Below are positions 48,927 to 58,847 of a stretch of DNA of 64,000 nucleotides, piece by piece. Location of the stretch: the NCBI GenBank assembly GCA_036377775.1, contig DASUXT010000058.1:5880-69879 (forward strand), in the 5' to 3' direction. The notes beneath the pieces are model-generated. The model was not told the origin of the DNA. It saw only the letters and a list, made by a program, of their open reading frames with translations, and did not search any database. The number at the start of each line of letters is the position of its first letter. Position 1 is the first letter of the stretch. The DNA comes from Gemmatimonadaceae bacterium (GTDB lineage Bacteria > Gemmatimonadota > Gemmatimonadetes > Gemmatimonadales > Gemmatimonadaceae). A program made the position numbers and the translations under genes.

Positions 48927-51017
48927 CTACCCCACCCTGAACAGTTCCAGCGATCTCGAATACCGTTCGCCGAGCACTCGCCGGAGGGGGGCGTGTGCCG
49001 GCTGGTCGAGCTCGGGGTCGGTCGCGAGGAGAAGGTCCGCGGCCTGACGGGCCTGCTCGTTCAGCAGCTCGTCGCGCAGCGGGTCGGCCACCCGGAATGC
49101 GGGCACGCCACTCTGCCGTTCGCCGAACAGGTCGCCCATGCCCCGCTGCATCAGGTCGGCGCGCGCGATCTCGAAGCCGTCCTCGCTGCCAACGAACACG
49201 TCGAGGCGCTGCTTCGTCTCGGGGCTCACGTCGCCGAGCAGGATGCAGAACGACGCATCGGCGCCGCGCCCCACGCGGCCGCGGAGCTGATGCAGCTGCG
49301 AGAGCCCGAATCGCTCAGGGTGCTCGATGAGCATCACGGTCGCGTTGGCCACGTCGATTCCGACTTCGATCACGGTCGTGGCAACGAGGACGTCGATCCT
49401 TCCGTCGCGGAAGCTGCGCATCACGTCGTCCTTCTCCTCGGCAGGCATGCGGCCGTGGAGGAGCGCAACGCGGCGGCCGGCGAAGGCGCCGTCCTTGAGC
49501 ACCTCGTACATAGTCGTCGCCGCCTTGAGGTCGGTCTTCTCCGACTCCTCGATCACCGGGTAGACGATGTAGGCCTGCCGGCCCTTGGCCAGCTCGCGAT
49601 CCACGAAGTGCAGCACGCGGTCGCGTGCCGACTCCGGACGCAGCGCCGTCGTGATGGGCTGCCGGCCGGGCGGCCGCTCGTCGAGAATGCTCAGGTCCAG
49701 GTCGCCGTACAGGGTGAGGGCGAGCGAGCGCGGGATCGGCGTCGCCGTCATCAGCAGCACATCGGGTGACTCGCCCTTGGTGCCCAGCGCCTTGCGCTGT
49801 TCCACACCGAAGCGATGCTGTTCGTCCACGACGGCCAGGCCGAGCCGCGCGAACGCGGTGGCCTCCTGCACCAGCGCGTGCGTGCCCACCACCAGTGCCG
49901 GCCCGGGCTCGGCGAGGCGCGACGCGACTTCGCGCCGCGCGCGTGCCTTGAGGCTCCCGGTGACGAGAATGGGCTCGATGGACAGGGGCTGGAGCATCCG
50001 CGTCATCGAGCGTGCATGCTGCTCGGCCAGCAGCTCGGTGGGGGCCATGATCGCCGCCTGGAAGCCGTTCTCCATCGCCAGCAGCGAGGCGAACAGTGCG
50101 ACGATGGTCTTCCCGCTCCCCACGTCGCCCTGGAGGAGGCGATGCATGCGCCGCTCGCTGCACATATCGGCGAAGATCTCGCGCAGCACGCGCCCCTGCG
50201 CGCCGGTGAGCGAGAATGGAAGGTGCTCGCGGAGCTTCGTCGTGAGGTCGCGCTTGTTCGCGAAGCGGATGCCGGAGCGCACCTCGCGCGCCAGCGCCTT
50301 GGCGCGCTGCTGGAGGATCTGCACGAAGAGCAGCTCCTCGAACGCGAGGCGCGCGCGCCCCTCCATGGCCTCGCCGATGGACGTCGGACGATGCACCATG
50401 CGCAGTGCGTCTCCGATGCTCGGCACCGCCGCCACGCGCAGCAGATCGCGCGGGAGGTACTCGGTCACCAGCGGGAGCAGTTCGTCGAGGTGCGATTCGA
50501 CGATGCCGCGGATCACCTTGAACGAGAGCCCTTCGGTGGCCGGATAGATGGCGAGCACGCGACCGGCCGCGGTCCCGTTCTCGTCATCTCCCAGGTTGAC
50601 GTACTCCCGCGGCTGGAGCTGGCGGCCATGGAAGAATCGCACGGCACCGGACACCAGGAGCACGTCATCCTTCCTGATCGTGCGATCGAGGAACGGCTGG
50701 CCCGGCCACGACACCTCGATCATTCCCGTGTCGTCGCGCAGCACCGCCTGGAAGATCCTGAGCCCCTTTCGCGTGGGAAGCACGCCCTTCGAGACGACGC
50801 GGCCGATCACCGTCCCCTGCATCCCAGGCTCGAGGCTGGCAATGGAGGAGACGGTGCTCGCGTCCTCGTAGCGGTGGGGGATGTGGTACAGCAGGTCGCC
50901 CGCGGTCACGATGCCCAGCCGACGCAGTGCCTCGGCCCGCGCCGGTCCTACGCCCTTGAGGTAGGTGACCGGCGTGTCGAGCCGCAGGCGCTGCTGCCGC
51001 GGGGCGTCGCGCCTCAC
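48927..51017 (-). CDS. recG: ATP-dependent DNA helicase RecG
   Basis: 696 aa. Wedge/OB domain, helicase motifs LLQGDVGSGKT (I), VVDEQHRFG (II) and the C-terminal QLRGRVGRG (VI). Confidence 0.93.
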   Translation of the reverse strand: MRRDAPRQQRLRLDTPVTYLKGVGPARAEALRRLGIVTAGDLLYHIPHRYEDASTVSSIASLEPGMQGTVIGRVVSKGVLPTRKGLRIFQAVLRDDTGMIEVSWPGQPFLDRTIRKDDVLLVSGAVRFFHGRQLQPREYVNLGDDENGTAAGRVLAIYPATEGLSFKVIRGIVESHLDELLPLVTEYLPRDLLRVAAVPSIGDALRMVHRPTSIGEAMEGRARLAFEELLFVQILQQRAKALAREVRSGIRFANKRDLTTKLREHLPFSLTGAQGRVLREIFADMCSERRMHRLLQGDVGSGKTIVALFASLLAMENGFQAAIMAPTELLAEQHARSMTRMLQPLSIEPILVTGSLKARARREVASRLAEPGPALVVGTHALVQEATAFARLGLAVVDEQHRFGVEQRKALGTKGESPDVLLMTATPIPRSLALTLYGDLDLSILDERPPGRQPITTALRPESARDRVLHFVDRELAKGRQAYIVYPVIEESEKTDLKAATTMYEVLKDGAFAGRRVALLHGRMPAEEKDDVMRSFRDGRIDVLVATTVIEVGIDVANATVMLIEHPERFGLSQLHQLRGRVGRGADASFCILLGDVSPETKQRLDVFVGSEDGFEIARADLMQRGMGDLFGERQSGVPAFRVADPLRDELLNEQARQAADLLLATDPELDQPAHAPLRRVLGERYSRSLELFRVG

Positions 51018-51946
51018 TCTTCGCCGAGGAGCTCCGCCGCGAACTCGTCGGCGTCGAAGGGGAGCAGGTCGTCGCTCGCTTCGCCGACGCCGAGGAACTT
51101 CACCGGCACGTCGATGGCCTCATGCACGGCGACGACGACTCCACCCTTTGCCGTGCCATCCAGCTTGGTGACGACGAGTCCCGACACCGGCACGGCGGAT
51201 GAGAAGGTCTTCGCCTGCTGCACCGCGTTCTGGCCGATGGTGCCATCCAGGACGAGCAGCGTCTCGTGCGGCGCATCGGGGAGTCGCTTGGCGATGACGC
51301 GCGCGACCTTCTTCAGTTCCGTCATGAGCCCTTCGCTGGTGTGCAGGCGTCCTGCGGTATCCACGATGAGCACGTCCACGCGGCGGGCGACCGCGGCATC
51401 GATGGCATCGAACGCGACGGCGGCGGGATCGGCGCCGCCCTTCGCCCCGACGAACTCCGCGCCCGTGCGCTCGGCCCACACCCGAAGCTGATCCACCGCG
51501 CCAGCGCGAAAGGTGTCGCCGGCAGCGACCATCACGCGCTTGCCGCTGCCGCGGAGGCGAGAGGCGAGCTTGCCGATGAAGGTGGTCTTCCCCGCCCCGT
51601 TGACCCCGACCACGAGGATGACTGTCGGCGCCGCTGGCGCGACGTTGAGCGAGGGGTCGCTCCGCCCCGCCCGCAGCGACTGCGCGATCCCGTCGCGCAG
51701 TGCGGCGTGGAACTCGTCCTGGGTCTTCACCTTGCCGAGCAAGGCGAGGCGCTCCACCTCGGCGACGAGTCGCAGCGTGGTGGGGACGCCGAAGTCCGCC
51801 TCCAGCAGGAGCTCTTCCAGTTGCTCGAGCGACCCGGCCGACACGCCACCGCGGACGAGCACGCCCACATCCGTGAGTGCGACGTCCTTGATTCTCTGCC
51901 AGAGCGAGCGCTTGGGAAGGTCACCGGTTTTTCTCAGAATGCGCAT
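51014..51946 (-). CDS. ftsY: Signal recognition particle receptor FtsY
   Basis: VILVVGVNGAGKTTFIGKLA, AAGDTFRAGAVDQL, DTAGRLH, VTKLDGTAKGG. The start of recG overlaps its stop. Confidence 0.92.
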   Translation of the reverse strand: MRILRKTGDLPKRSLWQRIKDVALTDVGVLVRGGVSAGSLEQLEELLLEADFGVPTTLRLVAEVERLALLGKVKTQDEFHAALRDGIAQSLRAGRSDPSLNVAPAAPTVILVVGVNGAGKTTFIGKLASRLRGSGKRVMVAAGDTFRAGAVDQLRVWAERTGAEFVGAKGGADPAAVAFDAIDAAVARRVDVLIVDTAGRLHTSEGLMTELKKVARVIAKRLPDAPHETLLVLDGTIGQNAVQQAKTFSSAVPVSGLVVTKLDGTAKGGVVVAVHEAIDVPVKFLGVGEASDDLLPFDADEFAAELLGEE

Positions 51947-51977
51947 GCACGAAAGCTAACCAGCGTGGCGCGTCGCC

Positions 51978-53777
51978 TCACCGCAGTCCGGCGCGACGCC
52001 GCAGCAGCCACTCGACGCATAGCAGCACCACGGCCACTGCAAGTAGCCAGGCGAAATCGCGCGCCGTCGGCGCCTCGCCCGCCACGCTCGCGCCGCCCAC
52101 GGCGCCGCTCCGGACCGACGCCCGCCGCGGAAGCAGCTCGCGTGAGACATTCACGGGCAGCAGGGTCTGCCCGCCCTCCATCCGGACCTCGTAGAGCCCG
52201 GCGACGAGCGGCGGCGACTCGGCAATGGTAGTCGTGTCGGGAAAGTGCAGCAGCACCGAATACACGCGCCCCGTGGCGGAACGACGCGTGATGGTGAGGT
52301 GCACCACGGTGTCGTTCGCGGCGCCACGCCGCCATCGAATCGGTTCCCCGGCGCGGACGACGCGATTGGCCGGCCTGGCGGCGCGCCGGTCAGTCCGTCC
52401 CTCGACGAGCCAGTCGTAAAGCGATCCGAAGAGCGCGTCGTAGGCCTCCGCCCGCACGCCACCGCGGAAGCGCCAGCGCCAGAAGCCGCCCGCACCGAGG
52501 ACGGCGATGCGACGTGGGGTGTCCCAGCCAACGAGTGCGGCCCGGGTGTCCTGAGGCGCACCGCCCCGGTGGGTCACGAGTCCCTGCCAGGCGGCCCGCG
52601 GCAGGCTCGGAGACACGTCGAGCGGTGGAAGGCTGTCGAAGGGGAGCGAGACGAGCACCGGGGCGAGCGGCGAGGGCGGCGCAGCGGACGCGTACCACTC
52701 CCCCTGACTGGAGGCGGGAGGGGCGAAGAGGAGCAGCGACCCGCGCGTCACGGCGCGCGGCGCGCCGAAGAGCGCGGTGTCGCCGTGGATGACCGCCAGC
52801 GGCGCCGTCCGGAGCGCCGACGCCACCTCCCCTTCCGAGACTAGGGCGAGGGCGCCGTCCGTGCGCCACATTCCGGGCGCAATGCGATAGAACGCCCGCG
52901 TCGGCAGCGAGGTCACCGAGCGCAACGCGGCCACCGCCTCACGCGCATCGTAGTCCGGCGCGGTGGAGGCGAACACCGCCGCTGCAGCGCGGCTCACGTC
53001 CACGGCGACGGCGAGGGTGTCGTTGCGCGGCTCACGGTCTCCAGGCGCCCGCACGATGGCGCGGAGCGCGCCGCCGCGCTCCGCACCGGAGGCGATGCCA
53101 CGCAGCTCGATCGGCAGCTCGGCGTACGGTGCGAGCGCCGGCACGTCGCTCGAGGCGACGAGGGCGTCATCGAGCCGAAGCTCGACTCGGGACGCAGGTG
53201 CACCGGCTCCGCCGGCGACGAGCGTGACGCGCGCCGCGACGCTGTCACCGGAAAGCAGGCTGCGTGGCGCCTCGAGGTTGGAGACCGCGACGTCCGGCGA
53301 GGCCGCACAGGGCATGGCGACGACGCGCGAACCGCGTGGAAGCGTGGACAGCAGTTCGGCGTCGTCGAGCTCTCCATCGGTGATCACCATGAACGGACGT
53401 CCCGTCCCTGCGCCCCGGTCCGCGACCGCTCGCAGGCTCGACGCGTGGTCGATCGGCTCGAGGCGACTGACGTCGGCGCGCAGCGAATCGCCGAAGCGGA
53501 GCCACGTTCCATTTCCGATGCGAGCTGCCGAGTCGAGCGCGGCATTCCAGGATCGGCAGCCGGGCGCGCCACGGAGCCAGCTCATGGACGCGTCCAGCGC
53601 GACCTCGGCGCGGGGCGGGTGCGCGCGCCCGACAGGAACGTCGAGCAGCACGGCGGCGATGATCGTGCCCGCCAGCACGCGCAGCAGTGCGAGGGGCAAC
53701 GTGCGCGGAGCGAATGCGCCGCGGCCGTACTGGACGCCGGCGACCAGCAGTCCAAGTGCGATGGCGAGAAGGATCAC
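51978..53777 (-). CDS. Hypothetical large membrane protein (N-terminal double TM, C-terminal TM anchor)
   Basis: MILLAIALGLLVAGV...LALLRVLAGTIIAAVLLDV at the N-terminus, FAWLLAVAVVLLCVEWLLRRR at the C-terminus, and about 500 aa of Ala/Arg-rich sequence between them with no clear catalytic motif. This layout resembles BatA-type double-TM proteins, by inference. Confidence 0.5.
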   Translation of the reverse strand: MILLAIALGLLVAGVQYGRGAFAPRTLPLALLRVLAGTIIAAVLLDVPVGRAHPPRAEVALDASMSWLRGAPGCRSWNAALDSAARIGNGTWLRFGDSLRADVSRLEPIDHASSLRAVADRGAGTGRPFMVITDGELDDAELLSTLPRGSRVVAMPCAASPDVAVSNLEAPRSLLSGDSVAARVTLVAGGAGAPASRVELRLDDALVASSDVPALAPYAELPIELRGIASGAERGGALRAIVRAPGDREPRNDTLAVAVDVSRAAAAVFASTAPDYDAREAVAALRSVTSLPTRAFYRIAPGMWRTDGALALVSEGEVASALRTAPLAVIHGDTALFGAPRAVTRGSLLLFAPPASSQGEWYASAAPPSPLAPVLVSLPFDSLPPLDVSPSLPRAAWQGLVTHRGGAPQDTRAALVGWDTPRRIAVLGAGGFWRWRFRGGVRAEAYDALFGSLYDWLVEGRTDRRAARPANRVVRAGEPIRWRRGAANDTVVHLTITRRSATGRVYSVLLHFPDTTTIAESPPLVAGLYEVRMEGGQTLLPVNVSRELLPRRASVRSGAVGGASVAGEAPTARDFAWLLAVAVVLLCVEWLLRRRAGLR

Positions 53778-53826
53778 GCGGGAAATCTGGCGCGCGTGCG
53801 CGCGACGCGCTTCCCGGTCATCCCTG

Positions 53827-53862
53827 CAACAACAAACCGGCCCGGGCGTTGGCCCGGGCCGG
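53827..53862 (-). terminator. Rho-independent terminator downstream of the M23 peptidase gene
   Basis: Minus strand CCGGCCCGGG-CCAACG-CCCGGGCCGG, followed by TTTGTTGTTG. Confidence 0.7.
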
Positions 53863-53886
53863 CTCTACTGCTCGAGCGCTGCCCGC

Positions 53887-55191
53887 TCAGCGCGCGGCGA
53901 GGCGGGTCACGCCGGTAGGTCCGTCCAGCGACGCGAAGAGCAGTGAGCGCCGTGCCTCGAAGGCGGCGCGTTCGCTCGCGGCGATGGGAGTGCCCGAGAT
54001 GTTCTTCAGCGCCACGCGCGAATCGCGCTGCTTGCCGTTGACGATCACCTCGAAGTGCAGGTGCGGACCGGTGCTCAGCCCCGTGGTGCCGACGTAGCCG
54101 ATGGTCTGCGAGATGTTCACGTGCGCGCCAACGTGAATGCCCTTCGCGAAGGCGCGAAGATGGCCGTAGCGGGTGCGATACCCGTTCGGATGACGCAGCT
54201 CGATCAGGTTGCCGTAGCCACCCGCCCAGCCGGCGCGCACGACGATCGCGTCGCCCACCGCGCGGACCGGCGTGCCCGCATTCGCGGCGTAATCGGTGCC
54301 TTCGTGCGTCTTCCAGCGCTTGAGGATGGGGTGGTAGCGCGTGCCGAAGGAGCTGGAGATGCGACGGAACTCGAGCGGCACGCGCAGGAACTGCGCGCGC
54401 AGCGACTTGCCCGACGCGTCGTAGTACTGCGGACTCGCGTTCCTGCTGTCGAACAGCACCGCGGAGACGTCATTGCCCGAGAGGGTGAAGTCCGCGGCGA
54501 GCACCTTCCCGACCTTCGTGATGCCGCCCGGACCGACCTGGCGCTCCACGAGCGCGCGGAACTTGTCGCCGTCCTGGAGGTCGCGGCTCATGTCCACGCG
54601 ATACTCGAAGATGTCGGCGAGCGCCCACGTCAGCTCGTCCTTGGAGTGACCGGGAAAGTACGCAGCCGCGGAGGAATCCATCGCCTGGTACAGGTTGGCG
54701 TGGATCGTCCCCGCCACCGCGACGGTGTCCGTGGTCCAGGGGAGGCGCTCTTCGGAGCCGACCCACCCGTTCGCCGTCTTCTTCATGCGAAGCAGGCGGT
54801 CGATGCCGAGGTGGAAGACGAGCTCCTTGGGATCGTCGCCGGCGCTGTCCGGCGTGAACTCCACCGGCATGCCGACCTGCAGGTAGCGTGCATCGAGCGC
54901 GCTGGCCGACGCCGCGCGAACGATCTCGCCTGCGGCCTCGTCGCTCAGCCCGACGCGCTTGAAGAGACCGATGAGGGTCTCGCCGCGGTTCAGCTTCTCG
55001 ATTCGGGGTTCGGGCGCCGAGGGGGTGGAGTCGGCGATGGCCGCGGTGGCGGCGGGGAGGGCGTTACCCTGCTGCAGGACGCTGCCGGCAGGGGTGTCCG
55101 GCAGCTCGGGGGTGTAGCGCAGGGCGACGAGAACGAGGAGCGCGACCGTGATATAGAGGCTGGCGCGCGCGCGAAAGGGCTTCCTGGTCAA
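53887..55191 (-). CDS. M23-family peptidoglycan metalloendopeptidase with an N-terminal membrane anchor
   Basis: The TTG start at 55191 overlaps the ftsZ stop (TTGA). Signal anchor [13 protein letters not shown] is present. Catalytic motifs are intact: HEGTDYAA (HxxxD) and GPHLHFEV (HxH). Confidence 0.85.
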   Translation of the reverse strand: MTRKPFRARASLYITVALLVLVALRYTPELPDTPAGSVLQQGNALPAATAAIADSTPSAPEPRIEKLNRGETLIGLFKRVGLSDEAAGEIVRAASASALDARYLQVGMPVEFTPDSAGDDPKELVFHLGIDRLLRMKKTANGWVGSEERLPWTTDTVAVAGTIHANLYQAMDSSAAAYFPGHSKDELTWALADIFEYRVDMSRDLQDGDKFRALVERQVGPGGITKVGKVLAADFTLSGNDVSAVLFDSRNASPQYYDASGKSLRAQFLRVPLEFRRISSSFGTRYHPILKRWKTHEGTDYAANAGTPVRAVGDAIVVRAGWAGGYGNLIELRHPNGYRTRYGHLRAFAKGIHVGAHVNISQTIGYVGTTGLSTGPHLHFEVIVNGKQRDSRVALKNISGTPIAASERAAFEARRSLLFASLDGPTGVTRLAAR

Positions 55192-56390
55192 TCCATCTGT
55201 CTCCGGATGAAGGTCGGGATCTCCATGTCGCTGAGATCCTGCGACCCGCCTCCCGGCTGGCCGGGAGGGGCCGGAGTCCGGGGGGCACGCGGGATGTCGT
55301 TGGCGGGACGGGCGGGCAATGCACCGCCCACTCGTGAAGGACGAGTACCCGGGAAAGGAATAACGGGAGAGCCCTTGGGCGCCGTGACGGGACTCACGTC
55401 CGCGGTGGGGGTGACGAGTCCGGGCTGGATGGCCTTGTCGAAGCCCGTGGCAATGACGGTGACGCGGATCTCGCCCTGCATCGCCGGCTCGTGCACGGCG
55501 CCGAAGATGATCTCCGCCTCGTCGCCGACGGCGTCGTGGATGATCTCGTTGATCTGGTGGACCTCACCGAGGGTGAGGTCGGCGCCGCCGGTGATGTTCA
55601 CCAGCACGCCGGACGCGCCGGAGATGCTGATGTTGTCCAGCAGCGGGCTGGAGATGGCCTGCTGGGCGGCCTCCATGGCGCGGTTCTCGCCGCGGCCGAT
55701 GCCGGTGCCCATGAGCGCCGAGCCGCCCGACTGCATGACGGTGCGCACGTCGGCGAAGTCCACGTTGACGAGCCCCGTCACGCTGATGAGCGACGAGATG
55801 CCCTGCGTGGCGTGGAGGAGGACCTCGTCGGCCTTCTTGAGCGCGTCCTGGAAGGGGATGCCCTTGCCGACGACGGCGAGCAGCCGCTCGTTGGGCACGA
55901 CGATCATCGTGTCCACGTGCTTGCGCATCTCGGCGATGCCCTGCTCCGCCTGACGCATGCGCTTGCGGCCCTCGAAGAGGAAGGGGCGCGTGACGATGCC
56001 GACGGTGAGGGCGCCCTGCTCCTTGGCGATGGCGCAGATCTCCGGCGCAGCGCCGGTGCCCGTGCCGCCACCCATGCCGCAGGTAATGAAGACGAGGTCC
56101 GCGCCGGTGACGGCCTTGGACATCTCGTCGCGGCTCTCCTCGATGGCCTGCTTGCCCACCTCGGGACGCGCGCCGGCCCCGAGGCCGCGCGTCAGCTTCT
56201 TGCCGATCTGGATCTTGAGATCGGACTTGGAAGAGAGCAGCGCCTGCGCGTCCGTGTTGACCGAGATGAACTCGACGCCTTCCAGGTGTTCGTCGATCAT
56301 GCGGTTGACGGCATTGCCGCCACCGCCACCGACGCCCACCACTTTCATGCGAGCGTTTTGCGCCGCGCTCTCTTCGAATTCGAAGATCAT
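55188..56390 (-). CDS. ftsZ: Cell division GTPase FtsZ
   Basis: ATG at 56390 is preceded by GGGGAG. Motifs: [31 protein letters not shown]...[11 protein letters not shown]...[12 protein letters not shown] (tubulin signature). The C-terminal [13 protein letters not shown] tail is present. Confidence 0.95.
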   Translation of the reverse strand: MIFEFEESAAQNARMKVVGVGGGGGNAVNRMIDEHLEGVEFISVNTDAQALLSSKSDLKIQIGKKLTRGLGAGARPEVGKQAIEESRDEMSKAVTGADLVFITCGMGGGTGTGAAPEICAIAKEQGALTVGIVTRPFLFEGRKRMRQAEQGIAEMRKHVDTMIVVPNERLLAVVGKGIPFQDALKKADEVLLHATQGISSLISVTGLVNVDFADVRTVMQSGGSALMGTGIGRGENRAMEAAQQAISSPLLDNISISGASGVLVNITGGADLTLGEVHQINEIIHDAVGDEAEIIFGAVHEPAMQGEIRVTVIATGFDKAIQPGLVTPTADVSPVTAPKGSPVIPFPGTRPSRVGGALPARPANDIPRAPRTPAPPGQPGGGSQDLSDMEIPTFIRRQMD

Positions 56391-56736
56391 TGCGTCCGAC
56401 ACTCCCCTACGGCGAGGTGTGGGAAGGAGAAAACAGGAAGGCGTGTCCGAACGGGCACGGCATCGTCGACATCGGCGGGAACTGCATGCGACCGGCGGCT
56501 CGGAAACGATGGGGCAATATAACCGCTCCCGAATTTCCGGCCAGCCCCACACAGCGCCGACAAAGGTTGACGAGCGAATTTCGGAAACAGCACGCGAAAA
56601 TCAGCGCGATCTTTTCCACATGCAGGCAGTGCGAGAAAAGAATATGATTCCCGCAGAGTGAGCGGATGTGTACAACACGCTCGCGCCATCGACGAGAGAA
56701 AAAACAGCGGGAGGAGCGGAAACGGCGGACACGACG

Positions 56737-56775
56737 AAAAAAGGCAGGATCGAGCCACAGACGGCCGATCCTGCC
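56737..56775 (-). terminator. Rho-independent terminator immediately downstream of ftsA
   Basis: Minus strand GGCAGGATCG-GCCGTCTGTGGCT-CGATCCTGCC, followed by TTTTTT. Confidence 0.75.
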
Positions 56776-56841
56776 AGTTCGCGTTTCCTCCGTTGTTTCC
56801 GATCCCCTCGCTGTTCGACTCGTGGCGAGGAGAGAAGAGGC

Positions 56842-58104
56842 TCAGAAGAAGTCCTGCAGCCAGAACTTGATCTTCTCGCCCCACCGGTCCATGCCGCCGG
56901 TGCTGGGAAGCTTGATGCGGCGCGCCGAGGCGCTCGCGCCGCCCAGCGCCATGCGGTGCGCGCCGTACTGTGCGAGGCCGACCACCGTGGCGAAGCGAGG
57001 CGCGTCGACGGAGTCGCTGAGGCCCGTCACCTGCTCCGACGGCGTGCCGACACGCACGCCCGTGCCGAAGACGTCGCTCGCCAGCTCGGCCGCGCCTTCC
57101 ATGGCAGCCGCGCCGCCGGTGAGCACGACACCGGCCGCCAGCTTCCCTGCGTACCCCGCCGTGGCCACCTCGCGCTGCACGAGGTCGAAGATCTCGTCCA
57201 TCCGCTGGTGGATGATGTGCGCGAGGAGCTCGCGCGGGATCTGGCGATCGCCCTGCGCCACCGTGCTCGGCAGCTGGATGATCTCCTGCGGATCGACCAG
57301 CTGCTCGTACGCGCAGCCGTGCTTTTCCTTCAGCCGCTCGGCGTCCGCCTGCGTCACGCCCAGGCCGTGCACGATGTCGCTCGTGACGTTGTTGCCGCCG
57401 AAGGCGATCGTGCCAAGGTGGCGGATCTTTCCCTCGTGGAACACGGCGAGGTCGGTAGTACCGGCGCCCATCTCCACGAGCGCCACTCCCAGCTCCTTCT
57501 CGTCCTCGGTGAGCACGGCGAGCGCACTCGCGAGAGGCTCGAGCACCAGCTCGCGCACCTTGTAGCCCGCGCGCTCGACGCTCTTGCGCAGGTTGACGGC
57601 GGGCGACGAGCCGATGGTGACGAGGTACATCTCCGTCTCGAGGCGCGTGCCGCTCATGCCGATGGGATCGCGGATTCCGTGATCCTTGTCCACCGTGTAC
57701 TCCTGCGGGATCGCGTGCAGCAGCTCGCGGTCGGGCGGGATCGCCTGGGCGCGCGCCACCTCGTTCGCCCGGTCCACGTCTGACTTGCTGATCTCGTCGT
57801 TGCTGACGGCGACGATGCCCTTGGACGTCATGGCGCGCACGTGCTCGCCCGCGATCCCCGTGTAGACGTCGGTGATCTCGGCGCCCGCCATCCGCTCGGC
57901 GTCCTGCAGTGCCTTGCGGATGGATCGCGTGGTCTCCTCGATATCGGAGACGATGCCGCGACGCATGCCGGTAGTGCGCGCCTGGCCCACCCCGAGCACC
58001 TTGATCGAGGTGCCGCCCTGCGGGGTGCCGGTCACTTCCCCGATGATGGCGGTCGTTCTGGCCGACCCGATGTCGAGTCCGGCGACGAGGCGGTCGGTGT
58101 TCAT
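56842..58104 (-). CDS. ftsA: Cell division protein FtsA
   Basis: ATG at 58104: MNTDRLVAGLDIGSARTTAIIGEV... The actin-fold motifs VEMGAGTTDLAVF and VLTGGAA are present, with the C-terminal amphipathic helix KIKFWLQDFF. Confidence 0.93.
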   Translation of the reverse strand: MNTDRLVAGLDIGSARTTAIIGEVTGTPQGGTSIKVLGVGQARTTGMRRGIVSDIEETTRSIRKALQDAERMAGAEITDVYTGIAGEHVRAMTSKGIVAVSNDEISKSDVDRANEVARAQAIPPDRELLHAIPQEYTVDKDHGIRDPIGMSGTRLETEMYLVTIGSSPAVNLRKSVERAGYKVRELVLEPLASALAVLTEDEKELGVALVEMGAGTTDLAVFHEGKIRHLGTIAFGGNNVTSDIVHGLGVTQADAERLKEKHGCAYEQLVDPQEIIQLPSTVAQGDRQIPRELLAHIIHQRMDEIFDLVQREVATAGYAGKLAAGVVLTGGAAAMEGAAELASDVFGTGVRVGTPSEQVTGLSDSVDAPRFATVVGLAQYGAHRMALGGASASARRIKLPSTGGMDRWGEKIKFWLQDFF

Positions 58105-58847
58105 GGCAGTCTGGCGATCACTTGGTCGCGATAGCGGAGATCGAGCTCGGCGGCGCGCAGCTGACGCCGCGCAAGGTCGCGCTCTACGGGTTCGATGTCG
58201 GAAAGACGCGCGAGGGTCACGCTCGTCATGGTGCGCACGGGGACGTCGGCCACCTGCACCAGCAGTTCGTCGCTTCCGGAAGGGCGGATGGAGCTGATCC
58301 GCGCGTAGAGCGAAGGCGCCTCCCGCTGCATCTGCCCCAGCAAATGATACACTGCCGCAGCGCGCGGCGCCGTGACCACCGGCGCATCCACCGGGGTGCG
58401 GCTCGGGTCGAGCGGGAGGGCGACCCCGCGTTCGTCCACCGCGCGCAGCTCGGCGCCGATGGGCACCAGCGCCACCGGGCGCCGCTCGACGACGTCCACG
58501 ACGAGCGTGCCCGGCAGCCTGCGCGACACGTACGCCGACTCCACCTGCGGGTGCTCCATCACGCGCGACGCGAGCGGGGCGAGCGGATCCCACACGCTGC
58601 GGGTGGTATCCACCTTCAGCCGGGCCAGCACGTCGGCGGCAGGGGTGTAGCGAAGGCCATTGACCTCGATCTTCCGGACGCGGAAGAATGCGAGGTGGCG
58701 CAGTGCGCGCGGTGCCCAGAGCGGGCTGGCGAGCAGCACGAGCAGGAACGCGCCGAGGAGGGCGAGACGCCATCGCGGGCGTCGCGACTCCTCGCCGCTG
58801 CCATCGTCTCGTTCGAGGCCGTCCTCCTGCTCCTCGCGGCCGCTCAT
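58101..58847 (-). CDS. ftsQ: Cell division protein FtsQ (POTRA domain)
   Basis: The ATG at 58847 overlaps the murC stop. TM helix LALLGAFLLVLLASPLW, then FRVRKIEVNGLRYTPAADVL (POTRA). Confidence 0.85.
   Translation of the reverse strand: MSGREEQEDGLERDDGSGEESRRPRWRLALLGAFLLVLLASPLWAPRALRHLAFFRVRKIEVNGLRYTPAADVLARLKVDTTRSVWDPLAPLASRVMEHPQVESAYVSRRLPGTLVVDVVERRPVALVPIGAELRAVDERGVALPLDPSRTPVDAPVVTAPRAAAVYHLLGQMQREAPSLYARISSIRPSGSDELLVQVADVPVRTMTSVTLARLSDIEPVERDLARRQLRAAELDLRYRDQVIARLP

Noticed and set aside
56387-56884. Small ORFs in the ftsA-ftsZ spacer (165 aa minus, 85 aa plus, 70 aa minus)
   Set aside because: They overlap one another and the ftsA terminator, have no SD or signal features, and translate to low-complexity or Cys/Arg-rich sequence. 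The region is better explained as the ftsZ promoter and leader.
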